A DNA stretch of 39,963 bases, taken from the NCBI RefSeq assembly GCF_001194135.2, contig NC_068985.1, positions 59,121,070 to 59,161,032 on the forward strand, written 5' to 3'. The stretch is from Octopus bimaculoides. Taxonomy: Eukaryota. Both the position numbers and the translations under genes were made by a program. How positions within the stretch are numbered: position 1 is the first letter of the stretch; each line of letters starts with the position of its first letter. The notes below the pieces were generated by a model, which worked only from the letters and a program-made list of their open reading frames with translations, ran no database searches and was not told where the DNA came from. Shown piece after piece: positions 12,186-25,992 of the stretch.

Positions 12186-13950
12186 TTAGATATAGATAGC
12201 TACTATTCCACGATTAATCCTATAGTACTAAATAAAGCTCTTATTTTCGAAAGGAAAAACTCTAGTTTATGTAAAGCAGACGTGGACATAATTTTTGAAG
12301 CTGGTCAAACCGCTATTAGTTACGATAACAAATTATGGACGAGATCAGATAGGGCTAATTCCTTTGATATAACAATGAGATCGAGTGACTCTGCTCAGGT
12401 AACGGATATCGCTGGAATCTTCCTCTTATTCCTGATCAAATCCGAATTCCCACAGATAACGGGAAGTCTGTACAGGGACGATGCTCTTTTCCTAATGACA
12501 AACTGTACAAAAATAGAGATAGAAAGATATAGAAAAGTACTCCATAACTTTTTTAAAAATTTCGGCCTTTCTATAACCTGTAATTACTGTAAGGTAAATT
12601 TCCTAGATGCGACTTTTAATTTGGAAATCGGCATGTATGAACCATACTCCATGCTAAATGAGTGCTTAAAATGCATAAATGGAAATTTCAATCATCCACC
12701 ATCCATAACCAAGGGAATATTTAAGAACATAGCCACCAGAATATCAATGTTATGAGCCACAGAGGAAATATTTAACCAAGATTCATCATACTACAATGAA
12801 GCACTAGGTTGGGCCGGATATAAAGGAAAAAAATCAATTTGGAAAATAACGACATCCCAAATAACAAAAACACATGCGCAAATAAAGTACAATACACACA
12901 TAACACGCATGATATCAACAAACGAATAGCAATAAAAAAGAGAAAACCTGAGGAACAACGGAACGATAGGAGGAAGACAGATATAACACAAATGATGAAA
13001 ACAATTGGAATATAGACGCACATAATCTCAAAAATACGCAAAATAAGAAAACGAAACCAAGCAAAGGGTACAAAAATTCGGAGGCCCTATGGTATAATCC
13101 AATTTTTGGACTGCAAATATCGCCCAAGATAGGTAAGCAATTCATTGTAGCATTAAGTAGATGCTTCGCTACTACACAAATTCTACCGTTTATTCAACAA
13201 GCACAGAGTGAAAATATCGTATGCAACATCTTACAACATGAAATACCACATACATAAACACAACAGGAAATTAAACGTACAAACAACGTCGGCTGGCAGA
13301 GATGAAACATATCGAAACATCTGACGATTTAAGGCCAAATGCAGGAGTAAACAACAGATAGAATGCAAAAACTCAGATAACGTAGAAGACAGTGGCGATA
13401 AATCTTTTATGAATCATCAACAAATATCCAACAAAAAAGATTGCCGATTCCACAAAGCTCCAGACACTAACAATCAAACAGAACATCATGAAAATAGAAT
13501 CAAAAGACGACCAGTTAAGCATCAAAATAATAATAGTACAAATAACTGCACATGTCGTAGAAAGTCCTCTTGTCCGCTCATGAACGAATATGTCCAAAAA
13601 CACATAATATGCAAATGCACAATCTCCACATCCCAACATAAACATGTGTACATAGGTGCCACGGAAAACCAATTAAAAGTCAGTTATCGCAACCACATCT
13701 TATCATTCCGAAAAATAAACAGATGACATGCAACCTCACTGGTAGACCTCATATGGGGACTGAAAGAATCAAAAATGATATACAAAATAAAATGGTCAAT
13801 ATCAAAAAGATGCAAACCCATGTAATTCGCAATCCAGCAAATGTGACCTTTGCCTTGAGGAAGTATAGAGTATCCTGCTGAGTAATGAGTACCTGGTAAA
13901 CAAACATAGTGAGAAAATTTCAATTCCAATTCCAATTTCAAATGGCGAGA
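12186..13950 (+). mobile_element. Penelope-like element, 5'-truncated and degenerate (RT + thumb + Cys-rich linker + GIY-YIG)
   Basis: RT motifs LDIDSYYSTI, FDITMRSSDSAQV, LYRDDAL, VNFLDATFNL and NHPPSI; then LWYNPIF..IGKQF..FNKHRVKISY; linker CTCRRKSSCPL; endonuclease VYIGATENQLKVSYRNHILSF..LIWGLK..IKWSI..NKHSE. Stop at 12753-12755 and several frameshifts. Confidence 0.88.
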
Positions 13951-16900
13951 AAATTCTAAATTGTATTTCACCACACCCATCCTTTCTGTCTCACGTCTAT
14001 ATATATGATGGAGTGTGTGTATATATGATGGAGTTCTGAGTGATATACCTCTATGCATGCAAATGGATATATATANNNNNNNNNNNNNNNNNNNNNNNNN
14101 NNNNNNNNNNNNNNNNNNNNNNNNNNNNNNNNNNNNNNNNNNNNNNNNNNNNNNNNNNNNNNNNNNNNNNNNNNNNNNNNNNNNNNNNNNNNNNNNNNNN
14201 NNNNNNNNNNNNNNNNNNNNNNNNNNNNNNNNNNNNNNNNNNNNNNNNNNNNNNNNNNNNNNNNNNNNNNNNNNNNNNNNNNNNNNNNNNNNNNNNNNNN
14301 NNNNNNNNNNNNNNNNNNNNNNNNNNNNNNNNNNNNNNNNNNNNNNNNNNNNNNNNNNNNNNNNNNNNNNNNNNNNNNNNNNNNNNNNNNNNNNNNNNNN
14401 NNNNNNNNNNNNNNNNNNNNNNNNNNNNNNNNNNNNNNNNNNNNNNNNNNNNNNNNNNNNNNNNNNNNNNNNNNNNNNNNNNNNNNNNNNNNNNNNNNNN
14501 NNNNNNNNNNNNNNNNNNNNNNNNNNNNNNNNNNNNNNNNNNNNNNNNNNNNNNNNNNNNNNNNNNNNNNNNNNNNNNNNNNNNNNNNNNNNNNNNNNNN
14601 NNNNNNNNNNNNNNNNNNNNNNNNNNNNNNNNNNNNNNNNNNNNNNNNNNNNNNNNNNNNNNNNNNNNNNNNNNNNNNNNNNNNNNNNNNNNNNNNNNNN
14701 NNNNNNNNNNNNNNNNNNNNNNNNNNNNNNNNNNNNNNNNNNNNNNNNNNNNNNNNNNNNNNNNNNNNNNNNNNNNNNNNNNNNNNNNNNNNNNNNNNNN
14801 NNNNNNNNNNNNNNNNNNNNNNNNNNNNNNNNNNNNNNNNNNNNNNNNNNNNNNNNNNNNNNNNNNNNNNNNNNNNNNNNNNNNNNNNNNNNNNNNNNNN
14901 NNNNNNNNNNNNNNNNNNNNNNNNNNNNNNNNNNNNNNNNNNNNNNNNNNNNNNNNNNNNNNNNNNNNNNNNNNNNNNNNNNNNNNNNNNNNNNNNNNNN
15001 NNNNNNNNNNNNNNNNNNNNNNNNNNNNNNNNNNNNNNNNNNNNNNNNNNNNNNNNNNNNATATATATAGTGGCGTACCTACACCTTGTCTCTTATATGT
15101 AAGTATACATTTTTCTAAATCTTGTATGACTCTATTTCTGTCTATCAGCCCCTTCACCCTTAATCGTACATTCCACTGTTCGTTCTTTCGTTCCCCCTCG
15201 CTCACATTTCCTTGCCTTCTCTTCTTGCACACTTTCTCTCCACTTTTCACTTTGCTGTGTCTCTGTCATTTTTCTCGCCCCCCTTTTTGTCTCTCTGTCT
15301 CTACCTCTCTCTCTTCTCTTCCCACGTGACCAGTGTTCGGCCAAGCCTGACCTTTCCTTCTTGGGCGGCTGTTGTTCGTGCAACATCGTTATTCCTCCCT
15401 GTGTCTGTGAAATCTTGTATCTCTGCTGTAAGGCCTTATTTCCATACACGCCAGCTTAATTTCATTCGTCCTTAGTCGAAAGACATCTGTTGTTATGTCA
15501 TGTTATTATTCCTACTCTATTTATGTAACATAGCTCGTTTTTTTTCGTCCTTGTTTTTGTATACATTCGCTGCTTTCTTCCAAGGTATCTAATGCGCTTA
15601 GGTTAGTTTTTTTTCTTGGAGCTGACCAGATTAAATAAAATAACAAACAAGTTAAGAACGAATAAACAGTGCGTGTGTTTATTTGGCAAAAGAATCGACT
15701 ATCCGAAACACGACATTAGCAGAAATTATAACTATTAACGATATCAATTATACTTAGTTCAGTATTTCTACGTTTCTATAGAATATTGATCAATGCTTGT
15801 GATATTGCTCAATATTTATGAAATAGGTTTAGAACCAAAGCCGTTCTAACCATGAATACTAACGTATGTTTATGAGTATCTTCAACTACATTAATTACTA
15901 TGGTTGGCGGAATGTATTACTGATATTTCTCGTAGTACAGGTGACACGCAAGAGACTCTCTTGTTAGATCATAGCTATTAGTGTCATTCTAATTGGTTTT
16001 ATTCGATGTTAATGGAATGTTCATTAATTGACAATATGTTCCCATCTATCCTCCATTTATTTATTATATTTATTCTGGAACTAAACAACGACAAAATTAA
16101 TTATGTAGCACGTTTGTATTCATTGTGTTACACAAATACACATCTGAAACCAGACTACAATATCTTTATCATAGATATCAATCACGATTTATGGTTGAAG
16201 TTACTTTACCAGATCTAAAGAATGTCCACGTTGTTATGTATATAATTACAGTCGCCAAGTGACATGTCTTGAAATAAGTAAAACTATTTCAGGAAGATGC
16301 CTCGTCCCAATACAAAAATAAGGAAATCTTCATGTCTGGATAATATTGCCAACAACTTAAAAGGAAAAAAGCAAGCAGTCAGCGTCAGAACAAACATTAT
16401 AGTACGTGAACCAACCAGGTAACCTGTGTAATGTGACACCCTTTTATAAGGAAGTATGATTGATACTTCTAGCAGCTGCTGCAAGATCGTAGAGGTCCCT
16501 CTTTCTTCCGCATACGGTAATACATTTTAAGACCGTTAGAATAATCCTTTTTGTTTTTATTTTAGCTGCGATTGGTTCTGTAAATTGGAAAGCGTATAAA
16601 TGGGCATCGACGGTTTTTATTTAACCCAGGTTATTTCTAATCGGGCAGACTACAGTTTCTTTTTCTTTTTTCCACAAGGCATTATACAATATCACTCTTT
16701 TATAATCAATACAGCATAATTTCAATGATTATTGGTTACTGTTTCTAGCAAACAGTGTGACCAGATTCCCCTCACCCATTTCAAAATGGCTTTGATAATG
16801 GTAGTGAAAGTGCTGTTAGTAGTGGTGGTTGCGTCGGGGATAGTAGATTTTAGTTTGTGTTGCAATATCAACACTTACTGAGAAAGAAGTTTTCAAACAT

Positions 16901-17529
16901 CTCAGGAATTGGTGTGTCCATGTAGAGAACTGATCTTCAAAGCAAAATGTAAATTTAAGATCAATTCACTTCCCTATGGTAGCATATCAATAGATTTAAA
17001 CAGCATAAAATAAAATTTTAAAAAGATTGAAAAGAAATAAATTATTCAAAGACATTTTCACAAGAACTTTATTTTTGATTCATCATACAGAGGTTGACTA
17101 CGGTACATAACAAGATACTAAAATAAAATCTATTTGCATCTTGTTTTCCTTACATCTTCTATTCAATATCAGTTGAGAAATTTTTGCACCAGGCAGTATA
17201 TCGATAATAATAACATTAAGGTGGTAAATATTTCGATATCGCTTTTGAGATATTTTCTGAAGTTAAAATAACGAATGAGAGATCAAAATTGTTGAAAAGA
17301 TCTTCCACAACAGTTTCAAATCTAATAAGCTTTGATCTGGAAGAAATATGTAAAACCCTTTGTAAATGACTTTGTTCTGGAGACACTTACAGAGAGATAC
17401 ATTTCTGAAGGCGAATTGATAATGGTACTCAACTGAAGTCACAATATATTTCAGTATATTCCTGTAAATACATGAAAATATGTACACCGTAACATATAAA
17501 TCAGACAAACACATATTACGCACATACTT

Positions 17530-17628
17530 ATATATATATGTATGTGTGTGTGTGTGTGTGTGTATGTGTGTGTGTGTGTGTGAATAGTCAGAGGCCTTGA
17601 TATGATATACACGAATTAATTAATACAA

Positions 17629-17662
<34 letters not shown>

Positions 17663-18797
17663 GTTTGTATATGTACAGAAGGGAATGTAATGCACAAGAA
17701 AATTATATAAGAAAATATAGTGTATAATATTCTCTTCAACAACAGATGATAAGTACTGGAAGCCATGGATAACGCAAAATTAGAAACGCATACAGCGGTG
17801 ACAAACAAAAATATACATCTGGCTGATGACGTGCTAATCTAATGCTTAAAACAGGATCTTCAGAGGCATCCTGTACAGCAAGCACACCACCAACACACGA
17901 CATCTTGGGGAACCGAATAAATAACTTGATCTATAGACAACAATAGAGACACTGCATGGTTTGCCCGACCACTCATCGTTACGCACACCAGCCGCTGTAC
18001 GTTCAATCGTAATTTATGTTAGGTTGCTTCTATTGGCTCATAGTTCACCTGGGCCTCAACAACAACATGGTTTATGGAAGTATTACTTGCCGTGAGAGGA
18101 ATAATAATTTTATCATGATGTTTTTTTTTATGTTGTTATTTATGTTTACATTTTTGGTCAGCAGATAATGAAATCTATGGTTAGAATTGTTCTTGCCATG
18201 CCCATCTCATATGTTCGAACATATTTTACATTATTCTACATCACCAGATATCTATTTATCCTATTGTTAAATCGATAGGATATGATTTCAGATACACATT
18301 TGGTTGCTAACTCTATTAGTAGGGCAAACCATGCAGAGTCTCTATTGTTGTCTAGATATCAAGTTGTTTATTTTATGGCTATATCAAGTTCCATAAATAG
18401 AGTGGGACATTTTCAATTGTTTTTAATTTGTTATAATAAATTATTTCCAATGATTGCTTTGATATAAATCTATTCCTTGACCTACACGATTATGGAAATT
18501 AATTGTTTACATGAAAGAGCTTTTCTATGATTTATGTTGCTGTCACTGTTTGTTCTAGCGAACGCAGTGTATTGTCAGTATTAATCCCTGCAATATCTAA
18601 TTATACTGCCTTATGATTTAAAGTTCACACCAGGTAGTTTCGATTTGCAACGTCATAGAGATGATAGGCCGAAGGGTTTGTGACATATACGTGTATGTAT
18701 GTATGTATGTATAAACATTGATGCATTTATTTATATATACATATGCATGTGTAGATGAATACATATATAGATATAAATATGTATATATAGATGTATG

Positions 18798-18832
<35 letters not shown>

Positions 18833-19130
18833 NNNNNNNNNNNNNNNNNNNNNNNNNNNNNNNNNNNNNNNNNNNNNNNNNNNNNNNNNNNNNNNNNNNN
18901 NNNNNNNNNNNNNNNNNNNNNNNNNNNNNNNNNNNNNNNNNNNNNNNNNNNNNNNNNNNNNNNNNNNNNNNNNNNNNNNNNNNNNNNNNNNNNNNNNNNN
19001 NNNNNNNNNNNNNNNNNNNNNNNNNNNNNNNNNNNNNNNNNNNNNNNNNNNNNNNNNNNNNNNNNNNNNNNNNNNNNNNNNNNNNNNNNNNNNNNNNNNN
19101 NNNNNNNTGTGTGTGTGTGTGTGTGTGTGT
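17530..19130. repeat. (TA)n/(TG)n/(TATG)n microsatellite clusters at 17530-17660 and 18690-19130 (gap 18833-19107)
   Basis: Read directly. Confidence 0.85.
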
Positions 19131-19149
19131 ATTCTTATTCTTTTCATAC

Positions 19150-19310
19150 TGTGTTCAAATCCCGCTATGAGTCAACTTCGCTTCACGACATTTCTTCGAT
19201 CGATATTATAGATTTTTAACATTGCAACAATGCCACCAATTTTGTACGGGATAAAATCGATAATATTGATACTCAGTTGTTGGTTTGTTTTTACTTTATC
19301 GACCCGGAAG
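19150..19310. mobile_element. Two short SINE remnants in opposite orientation
   Basis: GTTCAAATCCCGCT..AGTCAACTT (plus) resembles the B-box and core of the 9202 SINE. TTTATCGACCCGGAAGG (19294-19310) is the reverse complement of a CCTTxCGGGTCGATAAA SINE core. Confidence 0.4.
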
Positions 19311-19559
19311 GTTTTAAAACAGTCCACTGTGTAACGTAAAGTGACTTTTAAAAAAAGCAAAAAAAAAAATGTCTATCACTCAATTTACCACTCTTTCCTG
19401 TCAATATTATATAACGTTTACTTTTATTTTCATATCCTGGACAGCTTGTGTTGTTTCTTCATTTCATGTACCTAAAGTATATAGGAAATGGCTATTATAT
19501 TTTTAAAACTGTTTTTCTGACCTCTGCATTGATATTTTGAAATTTAACCATTTACCAGA

Positions 19560-20700
19560 AGATTCCCGATAGGTTTGATGCCGTATACATGTCATGTGTT
19601 ACAAAACTTTCTAGATTTTTAAGTAATATTCTAGTATATAAAAAATAAAGCCTCAAGTTCGTCAATGTAGTTCAGTCCTTGCTGTCGCTGTGGAGAAGAC
19701 TTTCTTAAAATATCAGACATGTCAAAAGTCTAAAACATCTCAAAAACATATTTTACAATGTGCAAGGCGTATTTGTAGACATATGTGCGAAAATGTACCA
19801 CATAACAACAACCCTTAGAAGGTATATTTCGGTATAACTGCCAAAAATCAAGTCAAACTCTCGTCACCTCATTTTAATTGTGAGTAGTGAAAGAAAAAGT
19901 CTCCGGAAAGTAAAATGTATAATTTTTGTTTGCTTGAAAAGTGAAATTTCGTGTTAAATTAAAAAACATGAAATGTCTTGAAATATATTCTAATAGGAGA
20001 AGAAATCAATATATGTTGTGAGAACCTCTCACACATTAGTCACGGGAAAAACAAATAATTATTTTAAATAACAACATCATTTTGCTGCTGGATGGTTTTA
20101 TAGTCGAAAAGAGAATTATGAAGTTCACCCTAGCAATTGCTACTTTTGTATAATGTGTCTTCGGAGCGTGAAACTGGTAAGAATGCATTTGCTGCCTTGT
20201 GTCGAGAATTTCCCTGATACATCGGCTCGATGTTATAGTACCCTGAGCTAACCATAGTAACTCCGCCGGGAACTGAACAAGTCACACAAGAAAAAGGGGT
20301 TATAGAGATGGTTTTCAATTTTAGTGGTGCAGCTAGGAAGAGAAAGCTATATTACTTCTATCAAAAATATCTCAACTGTTCCGTCAGATATGTTAGCTTC
20401 ACCTAAGTCCAATGCCAAGATTTTGATTCAGTGAGACTAGTTACATAAAAGTGTACACGTCAAAAATGAAATGAAGTCATCTTAGTTTTCAAAGTTATTC
20501 ACTTCCTCGGCTAAGATGGGATCCACTTTTGCCAAAATGTAAGCAACTATTTGAGGAACTGAGAGTCCCCTACAGCTTAAAAAGTAGTGTCTTTTTAATG
20601 ACAGCTCACCTCGAATGTTAGAATCTCTGTTATTTCACAACTGGAAAAGTATACTTGTTTCCTTATGTCCCTCACTACATCTCAAAGAAAAATAAAACAC
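19560..20700 (+). mobile_element. Possible heavily decayed piggyBac-like remnants (two out-of-order pieces)
   Basis: Weak motif echoes only: RRFP..NFLD and a Cys-rich QTCQKSKT..MCKAYL..MC near 19560-19810; FTS..ATI*GT and FT..YVP..KNK near 20490-20700. No TIR pair identified. Confidence 0.22.
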
Positions 20701-21319
20701 GTTTCAGACCTTGCCAGAAGCCTCGTAGTCTGATGAGTCTGGCGGGGAGTTTATCGGACACTTCAGAATAGTGACATGTTCCATGGGTCTGCAAAACAGT
20801 TTTCAAAGTTCTCTTGCTATCTTACTTTTTGGAACAGTAGAAAAATCGTGTTACACTGTTACAGACAACAATAGACATAACGACAGACCTCTCTGCGAGG
20901 AAAATTGAACGTCAAATGTGGGCTATGAGTGAACACCTATAAGTTGTTGTTTCCACTACGAAAGAGATGGTGGGATATCGTCATATAATTAACCATACTG
21001 AAATTGCATCATTCAGAAAAATACCAGAAAGTAAATTTATTGTCAAACCATATTGGTTCTCTCATGCATATGTGGATTACCATTAACGAACAATAACAAT
21101 GTATATGTTTATGTATACGTGTGACTAAAACACTGTTCGTGATTGTCCGTCTGTTAGAGTAAAAATCGATGTTACGAGAGTCGTCGGCATCAATAGTTTC
21201 GTAAAATGATGGATATAAGTCAATGGAAATAATTAGCATTTTGAGTTTATCGTGATTCACTGAAGGAATGAGAGAGTAGACTAGTATGGCCGCAGCCTGA
21301 GTTAAACAAGTAAAAGAAA

Positions 21320-21328
21320 TGTGTGTGT

Positions 21329-21369
<41 letters not shown>

Positions 21370-21444
21370 TATTGTGTGTATTTGCATATGTGTACATATA
21401 TATGTGTGTGTTTATGTGTGTGTGCGTATATATATGTGTGTGCG

Positions 21445-21506
<62 letters not shown>

Positions 21507-21535
21507 CATACACACATATACATACATACTTAGAT
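21320..21535. repeat. (TG)n/(TA)n microsatellite
   Basis: Read directly. Confidence 0.95.
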
Positions 21536-22248
21536 ATATACTTCAATGCGTTTGCACGTGTGCATGCATTACTTCGGCGTTCTAATAATCCGCCAACATA
21601 ATTTAGCGTATCTCATGATACGTTGAATTTTATATCAGTTGAGTTATTTTTACTTAAAAGCCTCTTCATATGTTTGAGTACCTTTTATTATTTTGCTCGA
21701 GGATCTTTTTCCTATTACTATAGAACGATGAGAGACAATCAAAGAGGCCAATACAACGCTGTTCGACAAACTGTTGCAGGCATTTATGTCTCCAGGCGGT
21801 TTTTCCCTCGTATTAAATGTCAGGCAAATGAGACGTTCTTCACTTATACAAGAGGTTAAGAGTGGAAAATGAAACGTATGCTTGACAACAACTTCTTAAA
21901 GACTATGTGCCTAATTATTATAAGTTTCAATTACGGGAAACAAATAGTACTGCTTCTTAATTTGATTATTTTTTATTTTCCTTTTTGTCTTGCTATGGCG
22001 AGAATACTTTAATGCATCTTGTCATTATATTGCCGGTTCAAGGAGATTTAAAGAAATGTTATATAAACCTCTGAAAATGCCCTAGGCTTGTCTAGTAGAA
22101 ATAAATGTGGTGGATATCGTTTCTATAGATATTTTAATGTTAAATAAGCAGATACGTTGAAACAATCTTGTCGATTTCTTCTTTCCTTTCATTCTCTTCT
22201 TCTCCATGTAGTTCCTCCTCCTCCTCTTTTCTTCTTCTTGTTCTTCTT

Positions 22249-22326
<78 letters not shown>

Positions 22327-22329
<3 letters not shown>

Positions 22330-23387
22330 TAGTTTTATTTTTATAACGTGCTTTCACTTCACTACCGAGCGCAGCTCTGTGCGCCTTGGGTATGTGCTGT
22401 GGTTTGCTGTGGTGCTCTTATGTTTACTGTATTGAAAGTGTTTTGCGTAGAATGTGTGCAGTACCCAGTAGTGCAATTTTCTGTATGTTATATATATTTG
22501 TAAGTCCTGGTGTTTTTGTTATGTATTTGTCTGAATATTTTTTTGTTATACCTAAGGCACCTACTNNNNNNNNNNNNNNNNNNNNNNNNNNNNNNNNNNN
22601 NNNNNNNNNNNNNNNNNNNNNNNNNNNNNNNNNNNNNNNNNNNNNNNNNNNNNNNNNNNNNNNNNNNNNNNNNNNNNNNNNNNNNNNNNNNNNNNNNNNN
22701 NNNNNNNNNNNNNNNNNNNNNNNNNNNNNNNNNNNNNNNNNNNNNNNNNNNNNNNNNNNNNNNNNNNNNNNNNNNNNNNNNNNNNNNNNNNNNNNNNNNN
22801 NNNNNNNNNNNNNNNNNNNNNNNNNNNNNNNNNNNNNNNNNNNNNNNNNNNNNNNNNNNNNNNNNNNNNNNNNNNNNNNNNNNNNNNNNNNNNNNNNNNN
22901 NNNNNNNNNNNNNNNNNNNNNNNNNNNNNNNNNNNNNNNNNNNNNNNNNNNNNNNNNNNNNNNNNNNNNNNNNNNNNNNNNNNNNNNNNNNNNNNNNNNN
23001 NNNNNNNNNNNNNNNNNNNNNNNNNNNNNNNNNNNNNNNNNNNNNNNNNNNNNNNNNNNNNNNNNNNNNNNNNNNNNNNNNNNNNNNNNNNNNNNNNNNN
23101 NNNNNNNNNNNNNNNNNNNNNNNNNNNNNNNNNNNNNNNNNNNTTAGTTTAGCCCAGTATTTACCATGTAGGGGCTTTTCTTGCCATCGTTTTATCATGG
23201 TCCGTTGCTGTTCTAGTTTTAGTTTGGATTTCATTTGTTTTATAGCTTTTGTTGTTTCTTCTTCTTCTTCTTCGTATTTGTTAGGTAGATTGATTTCTTG
23301 TTTGTATTTGTCAGCTTCCTTAAATACTGAAAACAGTCTTTTGTTTTGCTCGTGTTTTGTGGCTATTTGTATTAGTTTCCCTTACTG
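22327..23387 (-). mobile_element. Second R4/Dong-type LINE, 5'-truncated (about 1.06 kb; centre in gap 22566-23143)
   Basis: Minus strand gives LFSVFKEADKY..MIKRWQEKPLHGKYWAKL and C-terminal VGALGITKK..IQKIALLGTAHILRKTLSIQ*, then a 3' UTR and a long (AAT)n tail at 22278-22326. Its 3' UTR differs from the 6219 copy, so it is probably another subfamily. Confidence 0.85.
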
Positions 23388-23447
<60 letters not shown>

Positions 23448-23869
23448 TGCCAACTTGTTCTTTCTATATGTACCTGTGGTATGTTTCACACTTGAAAAGA
23501 AGAAATGAGTAGCAAAACGAGAAAAAAGGAGGATAAAGAGGAAGTAAGAGAGAAAGAGGGAGAGAGTGAGGGAGTCAGAGAGAAAGAGAGAGTGAAACAG
23601 ACAGTAAGTTGTGACAGCGTTCGTTTTGTGTTTTCAAATGTTTATCACATTGCAAGAAAAGTGAATACGTAGATCGAAGGAAAAGTTGATACATATATAC
23701 ATACACACATTGTTAAATTCAAAAGCGGGAGTGATGAGGGACACAGAGGAAGTGAGAGAGAAAGAGAGAAAGGGAGAGCGACAGTACATTCATAGATCGA
23801 CAGAAAACTTGATGCATCGATATATAGACACAGTGGATATTGGATGTCACATTCACTTTTCACTACCAC

Positions 23870-24030
23870 ACGAGGATAAAATTAACTCGCAAGTGGCTCA
23901 GTACTCTACAGACATGCGTATCATTAACGTAGTTCTCAGGAAGATTCAGCTTCACATAGAATATGATAAGGCTGACCCCTTTTAATTACAGCTACAACTC
24001 ATTCTGGCCAGCTGAGTGGGCTGGCACAAG
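23870..24030 (-). mobile_element. Partial copy of the CORE-like SINE at 4932
   Basis: Reverse complement of the AATGAG..CAGCCTT..CTGAATCT.CCTGAGAACTACGTTA..TTAATT block. Confidence 0.7.
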
Positions 24031-24319
24031 ATAAAACTTCAAGTGGTTGGAAGAAAACGAAAAGTGATCCTATATAGGGGCGGGAAAATCTTTTTAGTGT
24101 TAAACCGGTCAAATAGCGGCATTTACGGGTTTGACAGATCTGGAGGCCAAGCCCCCAGATAAAAACCGATTCGCAAGCTGTTGTTATCAAACTGAGCGTG
24201 AGTCAAGTGCGAATACATGGCGGAATAACAAATATTTCGTCTTAGCTTTCACTGCTTATAATAAACACATGACATGTTTGCCCTTCGGCATGGAAGATTT
24301 CCTTTTCTTTTTAGAAAAC

Positions 24320-24608
24320 GGCAATCCGTCAGTTACGATGACGAGGTTCCTGTTATCTGATCAACGAAGAATCTGCTCGTAAAATTAACGCGCAAGTAGC
24401 TGAGCACTCCACAGATGTGCATACCATAAGGTAGTTCTCAGGGAGAATCAGCCTCACACAGAATGTGACAAGATTGGCCCCTAAGAATTACAGCTATAAC
24501 TCATTTTTAACAGCAAGGTGAGGTAGAGTACCTTGCTCAAAATCACAGCGCTTCGCAGGCAATTGTACTCATGACTTAAAGATAGTGGACCGAATACTCC
24601 TTACCACC
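24320..24608 (-). mobile_element. Near full-length copy of the CORE-like SINE at 4932
   Basis: Aligns with 4932-5232 from the tail (TCGTCATCGTAAC) through CORE (TTGAGCAAG) to a decayed head. Confidence 0.7.
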
Positions 24609-25099
24609 TTCACTCTCTTAATCGTAGTGAAGCTATAGTGACAAAGAAAGGAAAGCCAGTGACAATTAGATTGAAATACGATATTTTGTAGCTTCTTTAC
24701 TTTTAACAATGAAGAAGAGGAAAGATATTGGATAATGAATAGAGGGTAAGCCTTTCAGGCGTATACGTTGTTATTCTGGGATCGATTGTTAGTTCTCTCT
24801 TTTTTCCCTACCCCTGATACTTATTCGCCTTCTTTCGTAGTTCTTCAGGTGTTATAGTTAGTGGTGGTGGTGGTGGTGTGGGGTAAACCATGTTTTTTTG
24901 AGGCATGTTTAACGTTTTCTTTATAAACTACAAACAAGCGCCCGCTTCGTTCATTTTTTCCATACGAAATCTAATGCAAATTTCGAAAGGGGTATAGCTG
25001 TGAAAAGTGCCCAGAAAATGTGGTAATACCCCGACAAAATGCGTAGAGGAGAAAGGTTGTCAACAGGTGGTTACACGAAATTCAACTTTATACTTTAAA

Positions 25100-25185
25100 G
25101 AGTGTCTTCTACTATAGCCTCGACTCAACCAAAGCCTCGTGAGTTCGTGAGTTAATTTGGTAGACAGAAACTGAAAGAAGCCCGC

Positions 25186-25274
<89 letters not shown>

Positions 25275-25510
25275 ATGTGTGTATTATATTATATTATATT
25301 TTTATATGTATGTTTATGTCCGTGTTTGTCTCCCACCAGCATTGTTTGTCAACCGATGTTGTGTTTGTGTCCCCGTAACTTAGCTGTTCGGGAGAACAGA
25401 CAGATAGAACGAGCACCAGTCTTACAGGGAATAAGACCAGGGGTCGATTTCTTCAACTAAAAGGCGGTGTTCAACCATGGCCACTGATACAAGTAAAAGA
25501 ATAAAAGAAT
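25100..25510 (+). mobile_element. Composite SINE-like repeat with internal (TA)n(TG)n microsatellite
   Basis: GTGTCTTCTACTATAGCCTCG..GAAACTGAAAGAAGCCCG, then the microsatellite (25188-25290), then a tail AAGGCGGTG..CATGGCC..CAAGTAAAAGA. The same tail recurs on the minus strand at about 34292-34355. Family assignment is from recollection. Confidence 0.55.
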
Positions 25511-25761
25511 ACCACAAGAACCTTCCGTACCATTAAAACAAGGTCTTTTTAAATATATACGATGCATTTTAAGGCTAAATAGAAATCCTGTTTTCGTTTG
25601 CGTAACTGCGATTGGTTTGTTTGATTATATAGTTATCGGTTTTACACATCTTTCTATATTCTGTAAGTATCAGAATATAGAAACGTTCCTCATGGCACCA
25701 GCACTCAATTTGCAGATGCCTATATTTTTGTATTTTCCGTGAATTTTTTCACGGGTCCAGC

Positions 25762-25830
<69 letters not shown>

Positions 25831-25831
25831 T

Positions 25832-25992
25832 AAGGCAGCGAGCTGGCTGAATCGTTAGCAAGCCGGACGAAACGCTTAGCGGTATTTCGCCTACCACTAA
25901 GTTCTGAGTTTAACTTAATAAAATAAGTACCAATTGAACACTGAGGTCGATATAATCAATTCGACCTCACCTCCCTTGTGGCAAAATTTGAC

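Noticed and set aside
14030-14075. CTGAGTGA..CAAA after the 12186 PLE as its hammerhead
   Set aside because: The core spacing is non-canonical, stem II pairs poorly, and the sequence runs into a gap.
15061-15630. Pyrimidine-rich stretch that might be a solo LTR or dispersed repeat
   Set aside because: There is no second copy, TSD, PBS or coding motif in the window to support a call.
20730-20765. CUGAUGA followed by a 6-bp stem (GUCUGG/UCGGAC), resembling half a hammerhead
   Set aside because: There is no GAAA after stem II, no convincing stem I, and no PLE context; it is compatible with chance.
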